From: Ramazzottius varieornatus
Lineage: Eukaryota > Animalia > Tardigrada
DNA: 64,000 bases
Assembly (NCBI GenBank): GCA_001949185.1
Contig: BDGG01000002.1
Coordinates: forward strand, 186,001 to 250,000
Direction of reading: 5' to 3'
The translations under genes were made by a program, and so were the position numbers. This document shows positions 13,701 to 26,350 of the stretch, piece by piece. Every line of letters begins with the position of its first letter. Position 1 is the stretch's first letter. The notes beneath the pieces are model-generated. The model searched no databases. It saw only the letters and a list, made by a program, of their open reading frames with translations, and was not told the origin of the DNA.

Positions 13701-16700
13701 GGGGATTCTCTGTAGGGAATGTTGAAGCTCGAGATGTTTGGGAGTTCGGCAAGCTTGCCTTTTTAAGTGGCGGACGTTTGCTGTTGCGAATGCTATGGCC
13801 AGCTCGATTCCTTTTCCAAGTGGAGCACTTTGTTTGCCTTATTGGCTGAACTCGTGGGCCACTTGAGAAACGAGCTTGTCTCGTTTGTCTCAACCGCGGG
13901 ATGTTGGCGCTTCCGTTTACCACTTTTTGCTGAAGAGTGAGTTGATTTTATTGTCAGGGCTGTGTTCATGGCCGTACTGAATCACTTTCCTCTGGACTTG
14001 GACACGAGCGAAAAGAAGAAGAACCCTTTTGTGGCGTCCGATGAGGAGGACTCTGACCTGGCTCGGGAAGACGGTGATGGGGATGGCCTCAATGAGGATA
14101 TGCTGGGCGAAGAGATGGATCTGCTCGAACTGCTGGGCCTCGATCGAAGTAAGCTCCCATATTTACAAGGCTGAATCGCTTTTGGGGTCAATATGATCAA
14201 GCTCTTTGCAGATATTGCTCGTCGGCCCAGAGACGAGTTAATCAGAATGCTGGAAGAGAAGAAGCAGGCGCTGATGGACGAGTTCGACATCTTTGCCGAC
14301 GACCTGCCAGTCAACACGCTGGACACACTGGTGGGCCAGCTGGGCGGTCCCAGCGAAGTGGCCGAGGTGATCTAGATCGAGTCTGACTTTTGACCCTGGT
14401 CATTGTGATCATACGAGTGTTGTGTGAGCAGCGTCTTGCTTGTAGATGACGGGTAGAAAGGGACGAATGGTGGCCGACAAGGACGGCCACATCAAGTATG
14501 AGCTAAGGAAGGAGGTGACCGATGTCGACTCGATGAACATCTGCGAGAAGAACCGCTTCATGAATGACGAGAAACTGGTATGCTTTTCTTTTGAATGTTT
14601 TTGGGTGATGAGTTTATGGTCAACCTGAGAGTTCTGGGCAAGATCCTGGCCTGCTTTGGCAAGGTTCTTAATCACTTTCAAGGAAGAGTATATTAGCCCT
14701 GGATAGATCATTCGGTCAAAGCCTTGTCTTTGCTGGATTTCATGCCCCCGGCACACTTTAGAAAACTGAATTGAGGAAGATACGCTGGCAGTAAAATTAT
14801 GGGCAATTTGGGAACTCGGTAAACAGATTTGACAGCATCGTTTTTCTAGCTGGCGCACTTTTCTGGCCTGCAATACGAAAATGCGCGCCACTTTAGAAAA
14901 CTGGGCTGAATCGTTTTTCTGAGTGGTGCACGCCCCGAACCCGTAAAATGGTCACGTGCGCCACTCTGGAAAATTGTCTTGCTGATTGTGCTTTGCGAGT
15001 CGCCAGTTTTGTTGAAGTGTTCGACTGAAGAAATCAGCCTATGGAATGTATTGAATTTTGGTGTTGTAGATCGCCATCATTAGTGAAGCCGCGTCGTCGG
15101 GTATTTCCTTACAAGCTGACCGTCGCGTTCGCAACCAGCGTCGCCGTGTCCACATCACGCTGGAGCTGGCTTGGAGTGCCGACAGAGCCATCCAGCAGTT
15201 CGGCCGTACTCACCGCTCCAACCAGACGTCGGCGCCCGAGTACATCTTTCTCATCTCGGACGTGGCCGGCGAGAAGCGCTTCGCCTCGGTAGTGGCTCGC
15301 AGGCTGGAACGGCTGGGCGCTCTGACACACGGCGACCGTCGTGTGACGGAGACGCGCGACCTTTCCATGTTCAACATCGACACCAAGTTCGGCAAGAAGG
15401 CACTGGGTAACGTCATGCACTGCTTCATGCGCGAAATGAACCCTCTCGTGCCTTTCCCCGAGTTCCACGGCAACTTTGTCCAAGAAGCACAACGAGTAAG
15501 ACTTTCAGTCCGTTTATCCAAGAGTTTTACCGAGTGGCGCACGTTTGCCGTAGTTTGGCCGGAGATGTGCGCCAGCTGGAAAAACGATGTGGCTTAGTGA
15601 TTATTTTCGCGAGTGGCGTACGTTTACAATGTTATGACCTGCAAGCGTGCGCCGCTTGGAAGGATGCTCTTGCCGAAATTATCTGTCGAGTTTCAAGTTG
15701 GTGACGATTTTTTCGCGCAGAGTTTGGAAGCGGTGGGAATTTTGGTACCGCAGAGCACTCGTCGTGGACTTCCAGGATACAAGTTGTGCACCGGTTAGTC
15801 AGGATCAAGGTTGAATGATGACGAAGAATAGTAATTTCTAGCCGTTATGTTTCTTCCTGAGGGAAAAAAAGTTGTTTCGATCGTCGGGTAGTTGCTCATT
15901 TTTCTCGCTGATCAATTTATCAGGCTTCGGCATGGACCGCTTCATGAACCGCATCCTGGGTATGAAGATTTTGGTGCAAAACGCCATCTTCCAGTTCTTC
16001 GTCGACAATTTGGACCACCAAATTGAGGAGGTAAGAGAAGACGAGCGCCGAGGATTCCAGAAAGAAAGTCTGATAAACACAGTAAAATAATACAGTACTC
16101 TGTTACAGGCTAAACGAGAGCAAAAGTACGACCTGGGCACTTTAGAGCTGGGTCGCGTGGGCGATGAAGCGGTGCTGAAGAAGCGTCTGCACTACACGCA
16201 GAAAGACAAGGAACACAGCAAGACCTTCGTCTACCACGTCGTCACCGAACGTGGTATGACGTGGGAAGACGCCGTCAAGCACCTCGACGAGAACCCCGGC
16301 GAACGAAATGGCATCTACACAGTCGAGGTACAATTTCTTGAACTAGGCTCTTCATTTGGTAATTCGCACAGTCATTAGGTCGCTGGTCACAAACCTGCAT
16401 ACGCCCTGTAGAGGTTTTGTACCCAAGTGTTGTATGCAGGTGTATGATGGGCTTTGCAAGTTTTGGTCATACGTGTTTTACGGCTACCCTGCCGCAGGGT
16501 AGTCGTTTCTATATAGTTGCATGATGTGTCAGAAGTGTGATATATTTCATCCGTTGGTCTGTTCAGGCTCGCGGTGATCGTCCGTACATCTTGATGGCCA
16601 TCGAGGCCAAGAACACGGGTTTTAGCAAGAAGAGCAAATCATTCGAAATTTACCGTCCCAACACTGGTCGTGCCGCTGCCAACTGGTATCTGGACGAGCT

Positions 16701-19467
16701 GAATGGTAAGGGAAGGATTGTCAATGACAGAGCGAGGGCCAAGACCCTGTGGCAGGTCATGTATGAACGAACGGCGACCAAGTGTCTTCATCAGTACCTC
16801 TACGGTACCTGCCGAACCTACGACTGCAACCACGGAACGCACAAGCGCGAGGATTACGTCTTGAGGTCAGTTTCTCCAACAGGTTCTGGTCTATGATCCC
16901 TTCTTTTGTTGATCGGTCCTCTTTTCTGTTTGTAGTGGCTCTGTGTTGGGCATTTGGCGACAGCTGGATGCCATGTTCGACAAAGGGACGAAACCCAGAA
17001 TGCAGATTGTCCGAATCCTCTTCAAAGCACAGCGCGTCATTGGTGAGTTATCAGATATGTACTGCAGGTTAAGAAAACTCGTTCAGTTTTTCCGCTGTGG
17101 AAATATGATACTTGGTCATGGTTGTTTCACGTTTGTCTGAGGTATGGTATGGTTGGTTGTATGGTTTGTGTGACTGTAGTAGAGATGGGGTTCTGTTTGC
17201 CCGTTTGGAAACCTCATGATTTGCCACGTTTTCTACATACCGGATTGTGATGGATAAATAGCTTAGGTTCGGGTTTTCAATAGAGCTTGTCCGATTGACT
17301 GTTGCTGTTTGCAGGTGTTCAAGTTCCGCTAAAGAGTTTCCACGTCATCAACGAGGCCCTGGAAGAAGTGTTGGGCAAGGCTGTGGACGACACGGCGACC
17401 GCTCGCGAAGAGATGAACAAGGAAGAGGAGCGACAAGGCAGGACGGTGGGGGCGGTGGAACGCACTGCTCCGCGACAGTCCATCCAGACGGCGCCCACCT
17501 CCATGATGGCCAGCCACCGCCGCCAGTCCAGCCAGCAGCAGCTGCTGCTGCTGACGCCCGATAGCACCAAGGCCCCAACAGGCGACCCCTCGGCGTCATC
17601 GGAGGAATCAGCCATGTCCGACTCGTCAGAAGCCACACCGCCACCCTCACCCAAGCACAAGATGAAAGTCCTGCCAGATGTTAAGCCCAAGCTGCAGGAC
17701 CTCAAGCCGACGCTGAAAGAGCTGATAAGCCCTAAACCCAGCAGCAGCTGCACTTGGCAAGGTGAGACTTTGGAAAGGAGAACATGTTTAATAACTGACA
17801 ACTCGGCAAAATGATTTTCCCAGCGGCGCACTCTTGCAGCCGAGAACACGGACAGAGTGCGCCAACTTGGGAAAACGAGCAAACTGGCCAAGCTAATCTT
17901 TCCTACGTGTGGCACTTTCTCAAGCTTACTGGCCCAAGGCGCGGACAACTGGGAAGGACGATTTTTCGTCGAGTTTGATCGTGTTGCCAAGTTGGCGCAT
18001 GTTGACACTGTTACTGGCGGGTAGAGTGCGCCACTAGAAACGTGCGATTTTGTCAAAGTTGTTGAGCTTTGATAGTAAATATGATGCAGTCTTTGGATAT
18101 TTTCGGTTTCATTATTATTTTTCAGGCGGTAACATTGTGGAGAAGGAGCCGTTGCTGGTCGGTGGCGCCCGACAGGGTACATCTTCGCACTCGTCGGCCA
18201 GTACATCGTCGTCCTCGGCCACCAAGAAGCTTCCGTTGGAGATCAGCCTGATCAGTGAAGACGACTCGGAGGCCGAGATTGCTGTCCCGTCGCGCCCCGT
18301 GCGGCGACCAGTGGTGAAGAAGGAGAACGCCGTGGTCAAGAAGGAAGACGGCGCTTCCATGCGCCAACCCATTACCATCGACAGCTCCGATGAAGACGAT
18401 GACATTCCCAGGAAGCCCGTCAACAAGACCAAGAAGGTGACTAAACTGTTGGACTCTAGCGACGACGACCAAGAGCAAGCCAAGAAGCCACCAGCCGTCA
18501 AGAAGGATGCCTCAGCCAGTAAAAAGGTGCGGAAACATACAGTCGCTAGTCTTGTAAGTCCTTCTTCCACGTCCTTTGCATCCACTTCTGGCTTCGGGTC
18601 TTCCCTGACCAACTCTTCGGGCGAAAAGAAGATGAGAATTCTCACTCAACCGAAGCTACAGTTTAAACCACTCAAGGTGATTAAGATTTCAAATTAAGTT
18701 TTTCCCCAAGGTTTCTCACGTTGTAAGACGTGGGAAAATCATGATTTAACGCCTTGTTTTATGGCTGACCTTGTGGTGTGTTTCATGCTTGTGCATGGTG
18801 CGTAGCGAGGTGCACGCATGGTTTAACGGGTTGATTTTCGTTTGGGTTTTGTAGTGTCCATGCTTTGACATTGTATGGTGGCCTGGTGGAAAGCATGGTG
18901 TTTCGGCCGTCGTCTTACACGGGGTGCATGGAAATAGTTGACAGTCATTTTTCTTTCTTTATCTTGTAGATGGCGGATGCAAGTTCTTCAAGGTCGTCTT
19001 GGGCTAGTCCGCTGAAGTTAAAGAAGGAACCCAGTCTACGAGCATCCATGTATCGGCCGTTGGCCAACAAAGCTTCCACTGCCGCCGCCGAAGTGGTGAC
19101 GCTGGACGATTCGGAAGCCGAAGAGGAAGGCCGAGTCTTTGGCAAGGAAACGCCGGTCAAGCCAAAGATGGCAGGTTTCAAGAAGGAAATGTCCAGTTCG
19201 TCGCAAGGCTCCCCCTTGAAGACGCTCAATACCGATCTGCAAAACAAGAAACCACCCACTGAGAAGGTAAGGTATCGTGACCGAACATGATGTGAATCAG
19301 ATGAAGCCAACTTGCGTTTCTGAATTTATTTATTTGCCTAGGCGTTGACGCTGGCTGACGATACGGACGAGATGGCCAGCGATGACGATGGAGATGTGGA
19401 CATGGAGGGAGACATAGCCGTCATTTCGCGCGGAATGAAGCGTCTGCGCAGCGCCGATGGTCTGTGA
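10728..19467 (+). CDS. sno: Protein strawberry notch (SBNO family SF2 helicase-like), multi-exon
   Basis: Exons encode [136 protein letters not shown]. Final exon ends ..RSADGL-TGA at 19467. Confidence 0.97.
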
Positions 19468-19964
19468 GGGCAGACAAGACTTATTCTGTAGTAGACTAAA
19501 ATTGGTGTAGCGGACTTTGTGCCCGATAGTTTGATGATCTTTCTTGACGATGGTAGCTTTTGTATTTGGACGGAGCCAAAAGACCCGTGGGTGTTGTTGT
19601 TGTTGTTGTCGGGCTTAGCCGTCCAGATCTTCTCCAATGGGCTGTGATCGCCCTCCTTTCACTAAGGTTCCTTCAAACTGCCACACTCTCGCTATGCTGT
19701 CGTTTAGCTTTAATACTGCTCTTGCTTTTCTTCGATCAGATCACCAAAGAAAGATGTCGCTTTGTACTTCTCGCTCACCTTTTTACCTGTTGTCGTATCT
19801 TGCGGTGTATTCTAGTGAGCTCTTTTTGAGCTGGTTGACGGGTTTCCCCCTTCTTTTGTGACTATTCCTTACAGTGAAGATTTTGCCTTCATTAAGAACC
19901 GTTTTTGTCAATAAATTTAACATGAAAAACAGGGTAGTCAGATAGAACTCAACTAGATTGTTTC

Positions 19965-20172
19965 TCCAAGTGGCGGACGTTTCCAGCCAGTAGCACGGGA
20001 AACCTGCGCCACTGGAGAAGACAGTTAAACCTTGCGGCAGTTGGCGCAAGACTCTAGCCTACAACAGCAAGAAAGTGCGCCATTCGGGGAAAACAATCAA
20101 ACTCGACGAGCTTCTTTTCCCAAAGGGGCGCACGGTTCCTGGCATTGACAGCGACAATGTTCGCCACTGGGG
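19965..20172. repeat. Three-unit array of the same spaced palindrome between sno and the cathepsin gene
   Basis: Left cores at 19972, 20043 and 20127, each with a 27-nt spacer to the right core (20005, 20076, 20160). Confidence 0.85.
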
Positions 20173-20634
20173 AAGCCATCTGTTCGACTTTGTTTGCTCA
20201 GCCGTGAAACAGTCAGCCTTCTGTCGAATTGTTCCGTTCGCGTGATATTTCCTGCGTTTCCACATTGACAAGGCATATTTCAACATGGAGGCTGGAGTAC
20301 CGCAATGTCGCGTGACGAAAGATGAAGGTCGAAACGTGCTCGAGAGTCCTCGAAACTTCCTATAATCGCTCAAAGTTATGCCGACAGGACGAAAATATTG
20401 GCCAACTGCTCTTAAATGTTGCGCCTGCCGGAGGAAAAAACCGGTTGAAGTGGGGCGTAATGACGCTGGGTCAGCTCTGCATGCCTGGATGAGGGCATCC
20501 TTCACAGAAAAAAACACACCATCAGGAAGGCCTTAAAAAAGCGTGTAAAATCATCGGGGCTACTTGGCGGTCGGTTTCTTTGGGAGGTTGTTTTGTCGGA
20601 AATCGGTCGAGAATCCGCTCGGTTTACTTGTAAA

Positions 20635-23060
20635 ATGGCAAAGTTCTTGGTTCCTTTGGCGTTAGTGCTGGCCGTCTTGGCGGCTGTTGGCTCGTAAGTA
20701 CTATGAGCGCTGGAGAGAAAAAGGCTGAATTCCGATGTTCTGTGGTTGCAGAGCCAAGAAGGGTTTCAAGGCGCCCCCCAACGGAGCCAAGCCGTTGTCC
20801 GACAAGGAGATTGACTCGCATCCCAAGCAGAAGCCTGGTGGCAAGACGCACCGAGCTGTCGTGCCGGTGGCTTTCGATGCCCGCAAGGTCTGGCCCAACT
20901 GCAAGAGCATCAGCACCATCCGCGACCAGGGTCAATGCGGTACTTGCTGGGTAAGCTTGCGACCCACAGCTCTAGCCTAAGTTTTTCATCGGTTAATAAA
21001 AGCTGGCCTTGACTGTCGTTTGCTAAGCCTAAAAATTTGAAGCGGGGCATTTCGTCTGATAAGCATGTCTGGTCCGACGTATACCAGGATAATTTCTTAT
21101 ACGGTTTCGTTGGTTGCTTTTTAGGCTGTTTCAGCTGCCAGTGTGTTGTCCGATCGACTGTGCATTGCTTCCGGGCAAACCATCAACGTTATGATCTCGG
21201 CCAGCCAGACGGCCGGATGCTCCGTCGCCGGACAGTCCCCCGACGCCAAGTGCGTAAAGTCCTTTGTGCATGTGTGCCTGATGCTTGTCCTCTTTCAGAA
21301 AATATTGAGATGACGGTTGTTTCCATTGCAGCTGCCAAGCCGGAGGAGATGCCTCCAGTGCCTACAAGTACGCTGCCATCAACGGTCTGCCCACGGGTGG
21401 TGCATATGGCAGCAACCAGGGCTGCGTACCCTACAACGTCCCCTCCGACAAAGCTGTCCCACAAACGTGCGCTACCAAGTGCACCAACCCCACTTACACC
21501 ACTCCCCTGCCTCAGGACCTTAAGCTTGGTAAGAGGGCAATTTCCTTTGCTCCGTTGACGTTTAACCTCAATGTGGGGGCATCTCTGTAGTGGATAGCTA
21601 CTGGATCAACTATCAAAAGGGAGGCAAACAAGCCCAGATGACCCAAGTGCAGATCGACGCCGTCGTTTCCCAAATTCAGCAAGACATTATGGCTAACGGC
21701 CCTCTGACCGCCACCATGGAGGTGTACGACGACTTCCAAGACTGGGATGCCACGCAGGGTGTCTATACCGGACCCAAGGCTGGAGCCGCGGACTTGGGTG
21801 GCCACGCTATCGTCATCATCGGTTGGGACCGCACACCGGCCGGCGTCCCCTACTGGCTCATCCGAAACTCCTGGAGTAGGCTCACTCTCATTAAGAAGCT
21901 CTGCTATTTCCATATTTACTGAAAGTCTCCATGCTTACTTGTCTACAGGCGACCAAGCTGGGGAGAAAGGCATTTTCTGGCTTGCTTTGGGCAAGAATAC
22001 GGTCGGCATTGAAACTACCATCTCGGCTCCCATCGTCAAGATGCCCAACCCCTGTCTGACATCGTCCTTCTGTGACCAGCCCATCGACCAGGCCATGTCT
22101 ATCGACGCCAAGAACCCTACTGCTCCCATCTTCCTCTTCCAAGGTACCTTTCCCTTTCGCAGCGCTTTCTCCAGATTGGTCTCTCTAAACCGACCTGCTT
22201 CCTCTGTAGGCAACTGCTCACTTCAGGTCACGGTCAAGCCCGACGGCAAGATGACGCCTGTTTCACCGGCGGCACCCATTGGCAAGTCCATCATCGGAGC
22301 GCCACCTGGACCGATCACCTCCTACATGATCAACGCTGACAAACTGTGGATGATCAACGTAAGGCCCCGCTAGCCTGTCAACCTCGGGTAGCGCACGTCA
22401 TCAGCATTGGACATTGAGAACGTGCGCCACTTGGGTTGACAATTGTCTCCAGCTTGTTTGCGGCGATCGGCGTTGAAGAAGCTCAAGGTGTTCTGCACTT
22501 GTAGCCTGCTGGCGAAGCTGCTTCGGGTTGCTCGGTGCCCACCGGTGCGACCAAGGTCTTGTGTACTGCGCGTGGCACTGCCTCAGGCGGCTCGTCGGCC
22601 CAATCCACTTTCTACAAGTCTGGCGTCATGAACAAGTGGAGCTATGGTAAGGTCCAGATGACACACAAAAGTGGCGCCGACGATGCTGTGCCAGTTGGCC
22701 TTCAAGACCTTCTGTGGTTGTAGTCCCTCAGTACACATCGTGGCTGTTCGACCAGACGAACAAAGGTACCAACGCCAACACCCTGCTGACCGACAACTTT
22801 GCCTCCGTTAACGCCCTGCAGAACGTTGATGGCACCAAGATGGTTGTCTTTGGCAAAGACAAGGCCGGAAAGGCCGCCGCCGGAGTCCTGACTTACCCTA
22901 CCAGTGCCACTTCCGGATTCACGGTGCGTACTAAGACATAGATCAATGCCATCCGGACACAATGTGAGCTCTAAACTTGCCTTTCTCTTAGTGGGCAACC
23001 AAGCCGGGACCAACCAGCGCCCTCCTCAGTTGCGCTACTGCCGCTCCTGGCCGTCGATAA
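20635..23060 (+). CDS. Secreted cathepsin B-like papain (C1A) cysteine protease with ~200-aa C-terminal hemopexin-like extension
   Basis: Signal peptide [42 protein letters not shown] (catalytic Cys), [10 protein letters not shown] (His), YWLIRNSW (Asn). Further GT-AG exons continue to ..[16 protein letters not shown] (last exon 22992-23060). Confidence 0.9.
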
Positions 23061-23639
23061 GCTTCTTGGAGCCAGGCGCCCTCACTTCCTCGCCATGTCT
23101 CATAGCACATCCTTTTCTGCTGTAGTTGACCATACGGACATACAGTAGAATACTGTACTGTACAATGCAAAACGCTTCAGTATCATACTGTCGCATCTCG
23201 GAGGCATCTGACATTTCAACCCGAACAACCTTACGTATTCTCCTGCTTCTCCCTGCCATCAACATCATGCATGTACGGTTATAAAAAAAACCCCGTTTGA
23301 AAGTGGGGGAAACGGCAAAACTTTAGCGGTCGTTTGTGGTCTGGCCAGTGTGAGGCCTTGTCGCGGAGCAGCGTCCTTATCGGCTTTTCTTCGGCATCAA
23401 AACTTCCCCTTGCCTAAGTTGCATCGTGTCGCAATGTCATAGGCTATAAAACGAAGGTGTGCTAAAGGTCCTTTCCGATCTCGAACGTAGTAGACTGTAG
23501 AAGGTGTCACCCATTTACCAAGGTCACAGTTGGCAGACATTTCGGCATAGGCGTCAGGAGACCCGTTCCTCGGGCCCCGTGACTTGCTGTCTTGTCCCCT
23601 GGAAGCTGATTGGACCTACATGTATTGTACTTGGCGTTT

Positions 23640-24560
23640 GACCAGCCTTTGTTTTGCAGAGGCAGAAAGGGCTTCAAGGCCCCGTTGAACGGATTCAGGC
23701 CAATTGTCCCAAGCAGAAGCCTGGTGGCGAAAGGCAACGAGGCGCCAGCCCGCGGGCTTTCGCTGCCCGCAAGGTCTGGCCCAACTGCCAGAGCATCAGC
23801 ACCATCTGTGATCAAGGTCAATGCGGTACTTGCTGGGTAAGCTTACGACTCTGCTCTTGCGAAAGCTCTCTTGGGCCCACTTGGCATAAAGTGCTGCTGG
23901 TTTGCAGGCAGTGTCGTCCGCTGGTGTCATTTCCATCGACTGGGCGTCATCTCTGGCCCAACCGTTAACGTCATGACCTCGGCCAGCCGGACTGCCGGCT
24001 GCTCCTTTCTCGGACAGTCCGCCGACGCCAAGTTCGAAGCGATCAGCTTCGAACCTTTCGGAGCCAGTCTTCCCTCAGTAGCTTCCCTCTGTCATTTCAG
24101 CTGCCCTGACGGAGGGCACCCAGCCGGGGCTTACAGGTCCGCTGCCCCCATCGGTTTTCCAAGCGGTGGAAAGTACAACAGCAGCGTCGGCTGCGTCCCC
24201 TACAACGTCTTTCCCTTTTCGGCCAAACTGTCCCGCAGACATACGCCACTCACTATAGCGAACCCAAATATACCACTACCTTGGCCCAAGACTTGAAAGT
24301 CAGTCAAGAACACCATTTTCCCTCTATATTAACGGCCTCTTCCTTTTGAATTGTAATGACTTGTTGCAGCTGAGAGCCACTGGATAAATTATCAGAAGTG
24401 GGGATACTGATGAATCAGTCGCAGATTGACGCGGTGGTCTCCCATATTCAGCAAAATACTCTTGCAACGAGAAGGGCGTCCTAATTTTTCACTCATGTCG
24501 GCCTTCGCAAACTTTATTACCCACTGACAATTTTCACAATTCTTCGACCTGAAAGGAATT
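23640..24560 (+). pseudogene. Decayed tandem duplicate of the cathepsin B-like gene
   Basis: Closely similar exons ([61 protein letters not shown]) with conserved intron positions but frameshifts and stops. No His/Asn catalytic segment or C-terminal extension found. Confidence 0.8.
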
Positions 24561-24744
24561 CTACTCTGGATAAGAGATGCTCCGTTTTTGAAGATGGCGC
24601 GATAGCCAATGGCTAATTTTTGATCAGATCGGCGTGCTGGCAGCTGACACAAGGAAGCCATGGTCTTCGTTCGACGGAAAGGACATCTGAAGGGAAAAAT
24701 TCGGCGACGAAATACCACGAAGACTGTATTGTGAGGGGATTCCC

Positions 24745-26350
24745 TACGAGGTAAAGGACATGGAGTTTTCCAGTGAGAATTTCGGACATGAAAATCTCCA
24801 GGTTGTTTTAACGTAGCTGCTGGTCAGATTGCGTCGTACGGTAAGTCAGTCAATAGAGAAAGTCTTTCTGATCATAACCAAGCCGTCTTCCGAGTCATTT
24901 GATGGTGCAAAGGTGAGAAAGGAAGGTCTGCAGGAGACAGGGTAAAATCCAATGTTAAAGAGCCTAGACAAGAAATAAAACGTAGGCCTGTGTAGTCTTT
25001 TACGGAGACTTACGCCAAGACGTCACACCTCCGTTCTGGTCGACTCCTAAGATAACATAAGTGACTAATGGATGCTCTACAAAGCCTCTGACGCATTTCC
25101 GACGCATGTAGAGCATGTCGATTCCATTCAGCAAGGCCAAATTTCACAAAAGATTATCTCGTTAGTCTCTCCATGTTATCGATGATGGCTACGACAAGTA
25201 AGGTTCAAAGTAAGCTCAAAACTGCGGCTCAGGTTCATAAGGAGCCGATGTTCAAGGCGACGAAGGAGGAAGGAATCAGGCAGCATGCTACCGCGAAGAA
25301 GTTTGGCGTTTCCAGAGTCACAATGCGTAACCGGATGGTGCATCCTAATCCAAGTCCACACGGTGGCAAAGCGAAACTTCCCGATTGGGCCGAGAATTCC
25401 ATCGCCGACTTCTTGGTGAATTTGAGTTTTTACCTCTAGGTGATCTGTGGGAATCAGGGAATAGTGATGTAACGGAGAGCTTGGTTTTATGGAAAAAGAA
25501 GTACAACTGAATGTTTGCATTGCACCGACTATTCGTTACCGTACCACAGATCTTAGCTGCGGTTGCACATTCCAGTCTGTAAGACGTCACGTGACAAAAC
25601 AGTCAGATATTATGGTGCCACCCTACACCGCAGTTTGGAAATTTCCATGTCCGAAGTTTCCACTGGAAACTCCGAAGTTGCGAGAATATGGATTGGGGAG
25701 AAGTTAACTAGAATTCTTCAGTAACACCAGAACGCAGACATTTTCAACTGCGACGAACCTGGAAGCTGTTGTCGCTCTACGCCTGGGGAGACTCTTCTGA
25801 AGGTCGGAAACCGGACGAAAGGCGGGAAGCCTTATTAGAACGGATATCGGTCATGTTTCGCTGCTCTGCGAGTGGGGAAAAGCCTCCTCCACTCACCAAT
25901 AATCGATCGAACACGCCGCGTGCTGTTGCGAAGCGAAGCTGGACTTTGAAAGAGCAGGCTTCTCCAGAGCGAGCAAACATCAAAGCGTGGATAACGCAGA
26001 CTCTTTTCACTCCTTGGCTGGATGAACGAGAATGTACAAAACAGACGCGTAGATTCTGCTCCTGTTAGACAGCGCGTCCGGTCACTAGGCCGCTAGTCTC
26101 TCACATGTGAAGCTCGTTTTCTTGCCTCCAAAACAAACTGGCAGAATCGTTCAGGGCATCATCGAGGCTTTCCAGCCACACAAAAGCGCTGCTAGAACAG
26201 AGCATCGCCGAGAAAACAGAAAAAACTTCCTTTCCCCCGAAGAATATGGCAAGTCCCTGACAGCTATGCATTTGGTCAAGTAGATCATGAAGGCATGGTC
26301 AGAAGTTGACGCTTCAACTATTCGAAACCGCTCTCGCAAAGATGATTCCA
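24745..26350 (+). mobile_element. Degenerate pogo/Tigger-like (Tc1/mariner superfamily) transposase relic
   Basis: HTH-like AKKFGVSRVTMRNR (25173-25439), then fragments ADIFNCDEPG, RISVMFRCSASGEK, NIKAWIT, ILLLLDSASGH, VKLVFLPP, QGIIEAF across frames with stops: the DDE_1 motif order. Imperfect inverted repeat at ~24760-24800 versus ~25637-25675. Confidence 0.8.

Noticed and set aside
17319-18645. 295-aa and 176-aa minus-strand ORFs
   Set aside because: Antisense to low-complexity sno exons, with no independent motifs.
4426-20172. Palindromic repeats with variable spacers read as a CRISPR array or bacterial REP elements
   Set aside because: The context is a spliced eukaryotic genome. Arrays have only 2-3 degenerate units, are dispersed in introns, and there are no cas genes.
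22453-22476. Alternative acceptor giving an early stop (LVCGDRR*) in the cathepsin gene
   Set aside because: The acceptor at 22504 keeps an open, phase-compatible chain through three more exons, so it was preferred. The short form cannot be excluded without RNA data.
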